Source of the DNA: Patescibacteria group bacterium
GTDB taxonomy: Bacteria > Patescibacteriota > Patescibacteriia > Veblenbacterales > UBA10138
DNA: 64,000 bases
Assembly: GCA_018817715.1 (NCBI GenBank)
Contig: JAHITT010000004.1
Coordinates: 125,784 to 189,783 of the forward strand
Reading direction: 5' to 3'
A program made the translations under genes and the position numbers. Shown here one piece after another: positions 39,301 through 46,917 of this stretch. The notes under the pieces are model-generated. The model saw only the letters and a program-made list of their open reading frames with translations. It was not told the DNA's origin and made no database searches. The first letter of the stretch is position 1; every line of letters begins with the position of its first letter.

Positions 39301-40731
39301 AATAATCCAATTAGGATCTATTAAATGATAATAAGGGTTGGTTTGATTAACGTCGTTATTTAAATAAGGTTGGCCAAAATTAGATAAGACTTCATTCAAG
39401 GTAACACCCCGTGAGCCAACTTTTTGCGTAGCCAATTCCCAACCCAAAGGCAAAATCCTGGCCAAACGTAATTTTTTAATATCTGAAAGATACCAAGCAT
39501 CCGGTGTTCTAATATTACGCGGCCTGTCCAATTTAAACACCCAATTACCATTAAGCAATCCAGCGTCCACGGCTTCCTGAACCGTTACTGCTTTACCTTC
39601 TTGAGCCTGACGTAAGGCTCTTTCGAACTTGGAATCAATTGTACAATTATTAAGCGCTGCATAATCCTGATTTTGTGGACAATTGGAAAATTCACTTATG
39701 ACATCAATTGCTTCACCACCAACTATCTGCGGCATAGCAATTAAAGTATTAATTTTTGTGGCGTAATCAGTACCGCTACCGAATTCAGCGGCAAAAATTG
39801 AACCCTTACCAATAGAAGCCGGATTAGGTATTTCTCCTTCCATTAATCTTTTTAATAAACGGGCGGCTAAGGTATTAGTAAAAGTTCCCAAAGCATCAGC
39901 CATAATATCGCCAGTAAACACTAAAGGCTCGGCCAAAGCTTGCTGAAACGACCAGTCCTTAGTATTAGCCACACTACGAGCCGGTGTTTTAATAAAACCA
40001 GTAATAGATTGAACTATATCTTTGTAACCCTGATTAGATGTTTGCTCTAATTTAGCCAGTTCTTTTTTAGTATTAACATCTTTAATTAAATTTTGCTGAA
40101 TATTTAAGGATACACCCAAATCATGTTGCTTGGGATCTAAAGAAACTTTAAAATTCTTTAAAAAATTCTTACGCTCTATTGGATCATTCAAAGCTTTGTC
40201 CCAATTATTTCTTAATTGGCTTAAGGTACACTTAGGTACTGGCGGTTTTTGCTCTTGAAAAGCTGTTAAGCCAATAATTAACTTAACCGAAGGAGCGCCC
40301 GGGCCACTTGGCTGACAAACATTAAAATTACCCCAGGCGTCGCCACTGGTTATACCATCTAAAAAATCTCCCGCCGCCGCATCACCAGCATCCTTAACTG
40401 ATTGCCCTAAATTTTTCCAAGTAAAAAGCGGAGTTTGACCAGTACCACCCGAAGCCAACATTACAGCCGCATCATAAGCTATTTTTTGCGTAAAAGTCCG
40501 GGCAGCATTCCTAAAACCAATAGCTGCCCCATGTTCCAAAGTCCAACTAACAGCTGACTGAACCTTTTCCCAAATAAAATTAGCTAATTTTATTGGGGCA
40601 CCCAAAATATCTGATACTGGAATCGCCTGAGCAGGCCGAGCTGTTAAGGTAAAACCTCCCAACAAAACAAAAATTATGGCAAAAATTGTTGCTATTTTTT
40701 TGAGTGTTTCCCAAAGGGAGTGTTTAAACAT
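30304..40731 (-). CDS. Giant secreted multidomain surface protein (3475 aa) with a signal peptide, FN3-like modules, EGF-like Cys-rich repeats and beta-rich domains. It is a candidate adhesin or tip/cargo of the T4SS-like system.
   Basis: The ORF is uninterrupted for 10.4 kb and begins with a signal peptide (...LTARPAQA|IPV). FN3-like repeats containing YxVxVxAxN are encoded at about nt 35900-36800. A Cys-rich module with spacings of the CxxxxC..C type is encoded at about nt 36850-37400. Cys is abundant throughout. Confidence 0.8.
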   Translation of the reverse strand: MFKHSLWETLKKIATIFAIIFVLLGGFTLTARPAQAIPVSDILGAPIKLANFIWEKVQSAVSWTLEHGAAIGFRNAARTFTQKIAYDAAVMLASGGTGQTPLFTWKNLGQSVKDAGDAAAGDFLDGITSGDAWGNFNVCQPSGPGAPSVKLIIGLTAFQEQKPPVPKCTLSQLRNNWDKALNDPIERKNFLKNFKVSLDPKQHDLGVSLNIQQNLIKDVNTKKELAKLEQTSNQGYKDIVQSITGFIKTPARSVANTKDWSFQQALAEPLVFTGDIMADALGTFTNTLAARLLKRLMEGEIPNPASIGKGSIFAAEFGSGTDYATKINTLIAMPQIVGGEAIDVISEFSNCPQNQDYAALNNCTIDSKFERALRQAQEGKAVTVQEAVDAGLLNGNWVFKLDRPRNIRTPDAWYLSDIKKLRLARILPLGWELATQKVGSRGVTLNEVLSNFGQPYLNNDVNQTNPYYHLIDPNWIIKAPLAQCRLQGSGQILEQQGSNRQDICVDTQNCVVENPDGTCASWGYCTKEKNVWRLGGDSCEFPRDSGQAPFASCQTFSSSGGGSASYLTNSLASFNDGNCTGATGCKWYSTAFNSLDTSLGRYDLNSRLYAKNIDRYSCSSNDEGCTALLRLSNISTSLTAAGANPVEKVVNQVTSQSGQDYSTYATTAEVYLKQAPDYLKCYDNDLKNDSPECAKYIGWCAAGEVGCELYTPLDGTPAVPGQPHPDYTCPGECVGYQAYEQQPTKLNPSDKSVKYFITKTAQTCPAEAVGCSEFTNVGLGEQKEYFTELRQCVQPGEGDRTYYTWVGSDLTGYQLKAWQLKFEATGPVTTDNSGDCRLSGSWPTSNPDCKQLYASDGQVYYRLASKTVTASSSCTRYRKTEGNQVDCLATGGNWENNACYYRAIPQEGKKCSVQYNGCREYKGPNANSVKLVFPLSTFGDKDSTARVTYDAAPSSGWYSGTPSNESTSAFGHSYDSGTDGAIYKDVVGSAVLGQQYLVSVWAKKSSLGLAETSSQVPAVTLTTNLPAKVSWSNQLVNSLIKANKLAWQNLFGNWTFISEAIAQTATVALQASPSVFDNTGFANAFSTNLSWSASTTATDAITVNIPGVLSTSFKADSRCFYAGSKTDNPCTNNDACRDLTPACVPQDFKCTSGLNINKTCSPTDNNFCQQPTATCNSVDYKCVGGPYNDSACNIANGNSDCRNTTATCVDNKCSNNNAIACVGTDTTPCRSTTALCQATKKICSNENTKICSLDSDCRYPSAQCLSTVSKCDSGFKSGQVCGVKDDCIDKTPVCQSAPTGPKSGTINVNLPTQSFSDGYTLPISKTYDLTVVYNGTTTVNRQAPVQVNNPPGKFNITVPVDGSSNQVLSPTIQWTSSLRANKYDISITGGTAYSTTTTATSFTVPGNILSANTNYTVRVIAKNDSSKTEEKTITFTTGSLAAKPFDIYSPADDPTTPEDEKKSMPLPFTVAWGASSDAVNYLVIIEQPYGTPVIWRALAKTELTMPVNVGAIKLGQATKIRVVAYNSAGTPTERAIEFITQVPPQAFATVDPHGSQDNYAKVNTNNPVLTWQRANYADKYDVQLMHYDDKSTLADGWQEIGRKNDVDRFTLSLPVAGLAASDFIGLEPGRTYAWRVTAKNLAGQTISDGGKFSYFLVDTFVAQAGSGTGFFSLPKDVGSNKNIQLPIAPTGLTASLAICSGDCPSGQYKATLNWQDSSDNETGFTVYRGDNGRAVKLIQVLPNAGAVSFPDLGVDPVDGQNKGLSLDGRFVYQVRAYNSGGESKGLTTVVSTPRTPTTPPGTGSGDPVVTNQGTVYLKMTLNGQPVAGGGAYSLNNNTAGSNIPITGLVIRSNQPSGDFNFIWRSGNPVGTSGATVYSVEANPGGSQTCIGNDCGPVNGILTDNGSLTYTVNYVSAAESSLNPQATINFNLPASELTNDWQLYTIGPVTLPTSANISQGVRVQLAAAGVRFVADNIAVQEVGDRFFLKKDSWTTPTSCQPNGDQLKYLGCRSYKDRQNRAYSFTGFSKLCRQEAVGCEALVDTKNSLSPQLQTVTVGGQTVTTAKDQVVYRIYDRTKQCSAQMQSCQRLGEPSFTAAGFLQGWSDKFMRLDPDNFAAGPTSPLCSKEQDRCQEYKAGNSTYYFKDPGSRTCEYKQLRAGQSYDWYKTGTTEPCNLLINGSFENFAGISGLKGSGQINDNTQDYFVGWERNGAGQEDGKGQLYAQGSLNGQYWGGSLLKVKATSDQQYSGVWSSHVTVEPKNQERLFLVSAQIYLPKEEVLQGSWSLSRHAYPKVGTGCGGGTCHHYEMVAGNPTIVVTDPKGVWLNRTYIIKTKPNIDTLSVGLITNEGSLRQTSTVYVDDVRLLELPNSLTNDQAKEFLAVPYAYTCPAEASSCKAFQDNTLTNRTYYYLDNGKLDRSTCGGKVGEKDGCLLVTDLSLGGDLAWSAPLTYEQSRSQDNAQVAPLAPRGVCSSEPSRSCQKTADCLGDNVYCSFTQGQQPSANTILKVQRDRVCAEWLSCQTSTTITDSAGKPRELCYSLGRCNQASSGNAAGGCGNWLEPQSEQHPLDEADYIGRNTTWAGQDYTGYSIPGLCSLDAINSSSACAVSLASTKACRLYPEPDAPFPANVATWNSESKEAKLMSRAPGYKDANVCQPSTDPDENCECAYQRAVYKNGETRFYNYRSQPTDPINPVGEVCAGSLSGSEPCLEAKQEQSALKQITFAQGLKGYCLEKDSARKINNGADDACLTWLPIDVVQGEVSIYDDRPKAGFVSPGNQAMYYCAAARGLAQTTSKQSQLYYLDNPQPITFLPENARSVQGVPLAPSDVVTGPTTDCLYSPNASTAWDGKDKVCPNVGGQSFSLFGLTGIFSPAKTGQPFAPLIISGKVDYEMSFALSLGGLEKQLGGLDAIESIEIEGHFRKYGQTDSNNKRSRLIVSRYKLSDQVNRYSCDSDGKGLCSMTAVFNPNDPDKYLTLRINDKDPGGAADFYIVLKYTLREWCDVVAQVVSSNPNDVINNKAQTNRVNELSNYVVPQVGYTYATAGSKANHYLNAPFGAFVPSSTTFEYTGHLGPELEPTRVIPVAQYQPLISNEIQPYAPGVYGCSGAGGGSCSGWMCLAGVPDKDNPNITINKDKSLCDPAATGENRFCGYYDPTVHCDSSTGQPCPTQKTPFMCTGTSPALSLPTSSIGGVNLIKNLFVKFYNTFNWDTATAKYKALPKDPITFTIPIFNIPITLPGGSFDLSNQTIPGVVEPQAPVIAGVSFDAKGKTMGQDAGAKVTVSYSGTSHTSEDIMGQSPLPITLSFYGYNPNGNQMPIRFVGVDWGINGALGKSRNIEVEASLRNHKPICQSPKVCIGTPTPCTTDKQCASGKTCLNNPAFNFGDSPEACVADQDNQVGYFFYTTTYTCSGKNNLNWDSTLQACVYKPGVALRDNWGWWAKDNGQYEDKLPSINTGFNWSARADYYPKRIIVKPKN

Positions 40732-40743
40732 GGTTTAATTTAA

Positions 40744-41457
40744 TTAAAAACCAAATAACTGTTTAACCGTAGCCTGCAAAGTAGTGTCATCTATTATATC
40801 TAATTCCTTAGCATCGGCGCCGCCAGCTATTAAAAACTGCCTTAATTCAGCACCGGACATTTTTTGTAAAAGCTCTTTTTCTTGATCCGTTAACTGAAGA
40901 CTGGTATCTAAAGCTCCGGCTGACCCTGTAGTTGCTTTATTTTCACCAGCCACTTGCTGATAAATATTAATTAATGTTTGGTCATTATATTTAGCCAACA
41001 TTTCATCAGTGGCGCCGTTATTCTTAAGCATTTGCCTAATTTCCTCGGGACTGGGCGCTGCTTCAACATCATAACCAGCGGTTTCTGATTGGCTAACTGG
41101 AGCCACAAATTTTAAACAATCCTGACCTTGAGGACAATTAGGATCACTACCATTATCCACTTCCGCTTTGTCATCTAAACCATCTGAATCAGTATCTTTT
41201 AAATAAAGACTAGTCCGGTAAAAATTTATTTCCTCATAATCAGACAAACCATCACCATCCGTATCACTAGCCCGTAAAACCGTTTCATTAGCTACTGTCA
41301 TTTGACTATCGTCATTGTAAATTTTGGGTGCAAAGGGCAATTTTATTGAATTACTAATCTGCCAAACTCCGAAAACTACTGCCAATAAAGCTATGGTGGC
41401 CAAACCCCAATTATGCCCAGTCGGCCCGTTTATTTCGGAAATATCTTGCTCGGCCAT
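40744..41457 (-). CDS. Membrane-anchored protein with calcium-binding DxDxDG repeats (thrombospondin type-3-like).
   Basis: 237 aa with an N-terminal TM and the repeats DTDGDGLSDYEE and DTDSDGLDDKAE. Only 12 nt separate it from the giant gene. Confidence 0.45.
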   Translation of the reverse strand: MAEQDISEINGPTGHNWGLATIALLAVVFGVWQISNSIKLPFAPKIYNDDSQMTVANETVLRASDTDGDGLSDYEEINFYRTSLYLKDTDSDGLDDKAEVDNGSDPNCPQGQDCLKFVAPVSQSETAGYDVEAAPSPEEIRQMLKNNGATDEMLAKYNDQTLINIYQQVAGENKATTGSAGALDTSLQLTDQEKELLQKMSGAELRQFLIAGGADAKELDIIDDTTLQATVKQLFGF

Positions 41458-41609
41458 TGTTTTAAAAAATAATTTTTTGAAAAGATTTGGAATTAGCTAA
41501 ATCTCAAAACAAAAAATACTCTAAAAGATATCTGAATTATATCACATCAACACCCAAATGTCAAAAGCCTTCAAAAACAAAAATCCAGCTTCAAGAGTAA
41601 AAAAATGTT

Positions 41610-42485
41610 TTATAAAAACCGAATAACTAACTCCTTAGATAGCCCAATCCACTGCTCCAAAGATAATTCTTGAGGGCGAGCAGTTGTTTTTAAATTAACT
41701 TTATGAAGAGCTTGAGTGATAAAAGCTCTATCTAAAGCTAAACCAGCGCTTAAACTACCTACTAATTGCTTACGTTTGGTAGTAAAAGCTGTTTTAGCTA
41801 CTCGCCAAAAAAAATCTTCTGATAAACCGGCTAATAATTTAGTCTTGTCCTCAGCAGATTTAATATCCAGCCTAACCACAGCTGATCCCACTTTGGGTGG
41901 CGGTAAAAATGCGGCTGGGGTAACTTTCTTAAACACTTGTACCTGGGCATTAAGTTGAGCTTGCAAACCCAACAAGCTTAATTGGCCAGGTTTGGCTGCT
42001 AATCTATCCGCCACTTCCTTTTGTAAAAGCAAAACCATCCTACTGGGTTTAAAACTACCTGACAAAAATCGACGTAAAAAGGCACCGGATATTTCGTAAG
42101 GTAAATTAGCCAATAAAAACCAAGACTGGTTAATTGATAAATTAAGAGCTTGTTTTAATTCAGTATCACTAATTTTTAATATATCAGCCTCTACTACCTT
42201 AAAGTTAGTACTAAATTTTTTATAACCCTCTAAAATGCTTGCTAATTTTTTATCTAATTCCACAACTGTCAAATTAACTTTCTTCTCTAACAAAAATAAA
42301 GTTAAAGTGCCGAAACCGCCACCAACTTCTAAAACCGCTTGATTGGGTTTTAAATCAGCCACTGTTAAAACTTCTTCAATAACCGACCGATCAATTAAAA
42401 AATGTTGTCCCAAACGACGACCAGGTTTAAGTTGATATTTAGCAATCAAAACTTTAGTCCACTTTAACAAATTATCAGGTAACAT
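41610..42485 (-). CDS. rsmA: 16S rRNA (adenine1518/1519-N6)-dimethyltransferase.
   Basis: 291 aa with the motifs GQHFLID and LEVGGGFGTLT (SAM-binding), characteristic of the KsgA/Dim1 family. Confidence 0.85.
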   Translation of the reverse strand: MLPDNLLKWTKVLIAKYQLKPGRRLGQHFLIDRSVIEEVLTVADLKPNQAVLEVGGGFGTLTLFLLEKKVNLTVVELDKKLASILEGYKKFSTNFKVVEADILKISDTELKQALNLSINQSWFLLANLPYEISGAFLRRFLSGSFKPSRMVLLLQKEVADRLAAKPGQLSLLGLQAQLNAQVQVFKKVTPAAFLPPPKVGSAVVRLDIKSAEDKTKLLAGLSEDFFWRVAKTAFTTKRKQLVGSLSAGLALDRAFITQALHKVNLKTTARPQELSLEQWIGLSKELVIRFL

Positions 42486-42512
42486 AATGGAATAAAAAAT
42501 TTAAAACACAAA

Positions 42513-43673
42513 CTACTTTAACAGCAAATAAAGTAATGACATAGCGGCGCCAGTTAACCAAGCGGCTGTCCAAGATTCACCAAAACTAAAAATCGCTAAA
42601 AGTATTAAGGCGGCTACGATTTTGCCAACCGATAAACTCATTTCAAAAAAAACACCTCCGGCCATAACCGAAGTCAGTTTTGATCGACGATAAGTAATAG
42701 ACATTAAAGGAATAATCACAGCATTTTTAGACACCCTCGACCAAGCATCCACCACAAAAACCGAAAAAGGTAAACGGGTGGCCAGTCGACCCAACCAGCT
42801 TAAAAAATAAACTAACACCGATAAACGTAAAACTTTTCCCGCATCTTGCTCGTCACTTAATTTACCAATATACAAAGTAACTAAAGCCATAACTAACGTC
42901 GAAGCGGCTACCACCGCACCGATTTCCGCATAATTAACTAAAACAACAGCTATAAAAACCGGCCAAAGCACCATAACAATAAGCTCTTCACCAAACCCAA
43001 TATAAGCTAATAAACGCCGCCAATTTTGCCGACCAAAAACTTGTTTATAAGTATCCCAATAAGAAAAATCCGTTGGTTTAAAAATCTCTTTAGTACGCAA
43101 CAGGGGCCAATTAGACAACAATAAAATAAAACTACCAATTATAAAAAGCCACAACCAAGAAAAAAAGGTTAACAACAAACCGGCCAATAAAGGACCCAGT
43201 ACATAAACCAAGGCTATACAAACCGACAACCCACTCAATTCCTTACCTTGTTCAGCAGAATCGGAATTATGGGCAAAATCTGCATGATAAGCCGGCCAAT
43301 ATAAACTCTTTTGTCCGGCATAAGCCACCACCGTAATAACCAACCACCACCAAGACCAAGCCGACAGAAACAAAGTCAATAAATAAATTGCTTGACTAAC
43401 AGTTGATAAAGCAATTGATGTTTCATAGCCAAAACGATTGGCCAGTTTGGCTCCCAGCGGCATAATCAAAACATATAAAACATAAACCGCTAGATAAAAA
43501 ATCAATATTCCTTTAAGCCCCAGTCCTTGTTGCCACAAATAAATCGGTTCAAAAATAATAATCATGGCCAAAGCCAATGATTGTAAAATAGTAGCCAAAT
43601 AAAGTTCCTTAACCTGCCTGGCTAAACGTTTAGGAAATAAACGACCAAAACTTAAAGCAAATTGATGAAGCAT
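42513..43673 (-). CDS. Polytopic membrane transporter, MFS-like.
   Basis: 386 aa with about 10-12 hydrophobic helices. The assignment rests on general MFS-like organisation, which is weak. Confidence 0.4.
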   Translation of the reverse strand: MLHQFALSFGRLFPKRLARQVKELYLATILQSLALAMIIIFEPIYLWQQGLGLKGILIFYLAVYVLYVLIMPLGAKLANRFGYETSIALSTVSQAIYLLTLFLSAWSWWWLVITVVAYAGQKSLYWPAYHADFAHNSDSAEQGKELSGLSVCIALVYVLGPLLAGLLLTFFSWLWLFIIGSFILLLSNWPLLRTKEIFKPTDFSYWDTYKQVFGRQNWRRLLAYIGFGEELIVMVLWPVFIAVVLVNYAEIGAVVAASTLVMALVTLYIGKLSDEQDAGKVLRLSVLVYFLSWLGRLATRLPFSVFVVDAWSRVSKNAVIIPLMSITYRRSKLTSVMAGGVFFEMSLSVGKIVAALILLAIFSFGESWTAAWLTGAAMSLLYLLLK

Positions 43674-43818
43674 AATAAAAGTAAAATCCTAAACCTTAAA
43701 ACTTAAATAATCTACAGCTATAAATAAATTCCCGAACTACTTACTACCAAATTAATTAATTTGGCTATTAAGTATTGATTGTAAATTTGTAATTTAATAT
43801 TGGGAATTAAAATTTTAG

Positions 43819-44457
43819 TTACTTATATCTTATCACATCCTCTATTCTGGCTAAGGAAATAGCCCCCCTCCTTAAAACTCGTAAGTGACCTTTACGTACT
43901 CTAACTACCGTGGAAACTGGCCTAATTGGTAAACGTCGACTAGCGACTAAATACTTTAAATTATTAGGCGCCAACTGTTTAGCTACTTCCTTATAATCAT
44001 ATAAAACAGGTTGTCCCGACAAATTAGCTGAAGTGGCGGTTACAGGACGACCTAAGCTTCCAGATAATTTACGTAACCAAGAGGAACTAGTTAAACGCAA
44101 ACCAATTTCTGCTTGACCAGCTAACAGCCGAGCTGGCCAAAAAGACTGCTGGGTGGGTAAAACCAAAGTTAAAGGTCCTGGCCAAAAAGCTTGAGCTAAT
44201 TTTAAAGACAAACTATCAAAATCAGCCCATTTTTTGGCCATGGCCAAAGTCGCCACGACCACTGGACAGGGTTTATGGGCGGGACGACCTTTAATATAAA
44301 AAATTTTTTTAAGAGCTGCTTGATTGGTGGCATCGGCCAATAAACCGTAAGCTGTTTCTGTTGGACCAGCCACCACTTGCCCTTTTTTAAATAAACTCAC
44401 CAGCTTAAGTATATCTAAATCAGTTTTGGAAAAAAATTCCATAAATTTAACCCTCAA
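43819..44457 (-). CDS. tsaC: L-threonylcarbamoyladenylate synthase of the YrdC/Sua5 family.
   Basis: 212 aa carrying the YrdC domain motif IKGRPAHKP...LTLVLPT. Confidence 0.7.
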   Translation of the reverse strand: MRVKFMEFFSKTDLDILKLVSLFKKGQVVAGPTETAYGLLADATNQAALKKIFYIKGRPAHKPCPVVVATLAMAKKWADFDSLSLKLAQAFWPGPLTLVLPTQQSFWPARLLAGQAEIGLRLTSSSWLRKLSGSLGRPVTATSANLSGQPVLYDYKEVAKQLAPNNLKYLVASRRLPIRPVSTVVRVRKGHLRVLRRGAISLARIEDVIRYK

Positions 44458-44460
44458 CCA

Positions 44461-46917
44461 TTAATCAATTACAAAATTTACTATTTTATCAGCCACATAA
44501 ATTGTTTTTTTGATTGTTTGGTTGGCTAAATATTTTTGTACACCCGGCAAAACCTTAGCCTGATTAATTATTTCTTCTTTAGATAAACTAACGGAACAAT
44601 TTAATTGCCCTCTTAATTTACCATTAACCTGAATGGCTAAAACCGTGGTTAATGTTTGTAAAGCAGCTGCCTGATAGGTTGGCCACACCTGCTCAGCCAA
44701 AGAACCAACCCACTTAAACTGACTCTGACTCAATTGCCATAATTCACTGGTAATATGCGGTGCCAACGGATAAAGCAAAATCAAAAGATTTTTAAAACCT
44801 TCCAAACGATTGTTTAATAAATTATTTTTATCTTCTGTTAAATAATTAGTAAACTCCATTAAACCACTAATAGCTGTATTAAAACGAAACGACTCTATAT
44901 CTTCGGTTGTTTTCTTTATGGTTAAATTCAATTGCCACTTGAATTCGGCTGATTGATCCGCTAAATCTGTTGGCACTATTTCTTTAGGCAATAAATTATT
45001 GCCCAAGTTCCAAATCTTTTCTAAAAATCTTCTTAAACCAACAATTCCCCGTTCTTGCCAAGGTTTAGCATCCTCCAAAGGACCTAAAAACATTTCAAAC
45101 AAACGTAAACAATCAGCGCCCCATTGTTCAATGACTTCATCAGGGTTAACAACATTATCAAAACTTTTAGACATTTTACGTCCATCAGCCGCTAAAATTA
45201 TTCCTTGATTTACTAGACGTAAAAAAGGTTCTTGATGATTAACCAAACCCTGATCATACAAAACTTTATGCCAGAACCTAGCATATAATAAATGCAAAAC
45301 GGCGTGCTCAGCACCACCTACATAAATATCAACTGGCGCCCACTTAGAAACTGCTTGGGAATCAAAAAGCTCCTGAGAATTATTAGGATCACAAAATCTT
45401 AACCAATACCAAGAAGAGCCCGCCCATTGCGGCATGGTATCTGTTTCCCGTTTAGCTGACTTACCACATTTAGGGCAAACTGTCTCAACCCAGTCAGTAA
45501 TTGTGGCCAAAGGCGATTCGCCAGTACCCGACGGCTGATAAAATTCTACCTCGGGCAAAGTTACTGGTAAATCCTCAACTGGCACTGGTACGGCTCCGCA
45601 AGATAAACAATGAATTATAGGAATAGGTTCACCCCAATAACGCTGACGAGAAAATAACCAATCTTTAAGTTTATAATTAACAGCTGGTTGACCTAAATTT
45701 TGTTTTTTTAACCAATCAGTTATTTGCTTTCTAGCCTGCTCGGAAGATAAACGAGTAAATTGTCCAGAGTCAACCAGGCGACCCTCACCTAAATAAGCCT
45801 TGCGGGCAGCTTGACGCACTGAAGAATCTGGCACAATGACTACTCTTTCTGGTAAACCAAATTTTTGAGCAAAAGCAAAATCTCTTTCATCATGAGCCGG
45901 CACAGCCATAACTGCTCCAGTACCATAAGAAGCTAAAACATAATCCGCTACCCAAATAGGCACTGGTTCATTAGTGGCTGGATTAATAGCATAACTACCC
46001 GTAAAAACTCCGGTTTTTTTTCTTTTAAAATCAGCCCGATCATACTCACTAACGGTTTTTACTTTTTCCACATAACGCCCAACCTCACTCCGTTGTTCCA
46101 ATTTTATTAATTTATCCAATTGAGCATATTCCGGAGCTACTACCAAATAAGTAACTCCAAATAAAGTATCTGACCTAGTAGAAAAAACTGAAATAAAAAA
46201 ATCATCATCTACTAATTTAAATTTAATATAAGCCCCGACTGAACGACCAATCCAATTGGCCTGCATAGTTTTTATTTTTGTTGGCCAGGTCAAAGAATCT
46301 AAATCGGCCAACAAGCGATCGGCATAATCGGTAATTTTTAACAGCCACTGTTTTTTTTGTTTTTTTATAATAATTGTCTGACAACGTTCACAAGCACCAT
46401 CAATTACTTCCTCATTGGCCAAACCAGTCTGACAAGAAGGACACCAATTAATCGGCACGACCGCCTGATAGGCTAATTGCTGGGCAAAAAGTTTTAAAAA
46501 AATCCATTGTGTCCAGCGGTAATACTGAGGATCAGAAGTAGCAACTTCCCTGGACCAATCATAAGAACAACCCAAACGCTTTAACTGCTGACGAAAACGA
46601 TTAATATTTTGTTCCGTTACTAACTTAGGATGAATCTTTTTTTTAATAGCGTAATTTTCGGCCGGCAAACCAAAAGAATCCCAACCCATCGGATGCAAGA
46701 CTTCAAAACCTTTAAGTCGAAAATAACGGCTAATAATATCAGCCGCCGTATAACTTTCCACGTGCCCAACATGCAAACCGGCTCCAGACGGATAAGGGAA
46801 CATATCCAAAATATACTTTTTGGGTTTAACTGAACTGTTGTCCGCCTGATAATAATTATTAGTTTGCCAGATTTTCTGCCACTTGTCTTCAACTAGTTGA
46901 TGATCATACTTAGCCAT
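44461..46917 (-). CDS. leuS: Leucyl-tRNA synthetase.
   Basis: 818 aa with the HIGH motif (PYPSGAGLHVGH), the KMSKS motif (GRKMSKSFDN) and a CP1 editing-domain insertion. Confidence 0.9.
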   Translation of the reverse strand: MAKYDHQLVEDKWQKIWQTNNYYQADNSSVKPKKYILDMFPYPSGAGLHVGHVESYTAADIISRYFRLKGFEVLHPMGWDSFGLPAENYAIKKKIHPKLVTEQNINRFRQQLKRLGCSYDWSREVATSDPQYYRWTQWIFLKLFAQQLAYQAVVPINWCPSCQTGLANEEVIDGACERCQTIIIKKQKKQWLLKITDYADRLLADLDSLTWPTKIKTMQANWIGRSVGAYIKFKLVDDDFFISVFSTRSDTLFGVTYLVVAPEYAQLDKLIKLEQRSEVGRYVEKVKTVSEYDRADFKRKKTGVFTGSYAINPATNEPVPIWVADYVLASYGTGAVMAVPAHDERDFAFAQKFGLPERVVIVPDSSVRQAARKAYLGEGRLVDSGQFTRLSSEQARKQITDWLKKQNLGQPAVNYKLKDWLFSRQRYWGEPIPIIHCLSCGAVPVPVEDLPVTLPEVEFYQPSGTGESPLATITDWVETVCPKCGKSAKRETDTMPQWAGSSWYWLRFCDPNNSQELFDSQAVSKWAPVDIYVGGAEHAVLHLLYARFWHKVLYDQGLVNHQEPFLRLVNQGIILAADGRKMSKSFDNVVNPDEVIEQWGADCLRLFEMFLGPLEDAKPWQERGIVGLRRFLEKIWNLGNNLLPKEIVPTDLADQSAEFKWQLNLTIKKTTEDIESFRFNTAISGLMEFTNYLTEDKNNLLNNRLEGFKNLLILLYPLAPHITSELWQLSQSQFKWVGSLAEQVWPTYQAAALQTLTTVLAIQVNGKLRGQLNCSVSLSKEEIINQAKVLPGVQKYLANQTIKKTIYVADKIVNFVID

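Noticed and set aside
31000-40000. Several 60-110-aa ORFs on either strand inside the giant gene (e.g. 32262..32468, 33342..33605, 34090..34371, 36943..37272).
   Set aside because: They are shadow ORFs inside a continuous 10.4-kb coding frame and have low-complexity translations.
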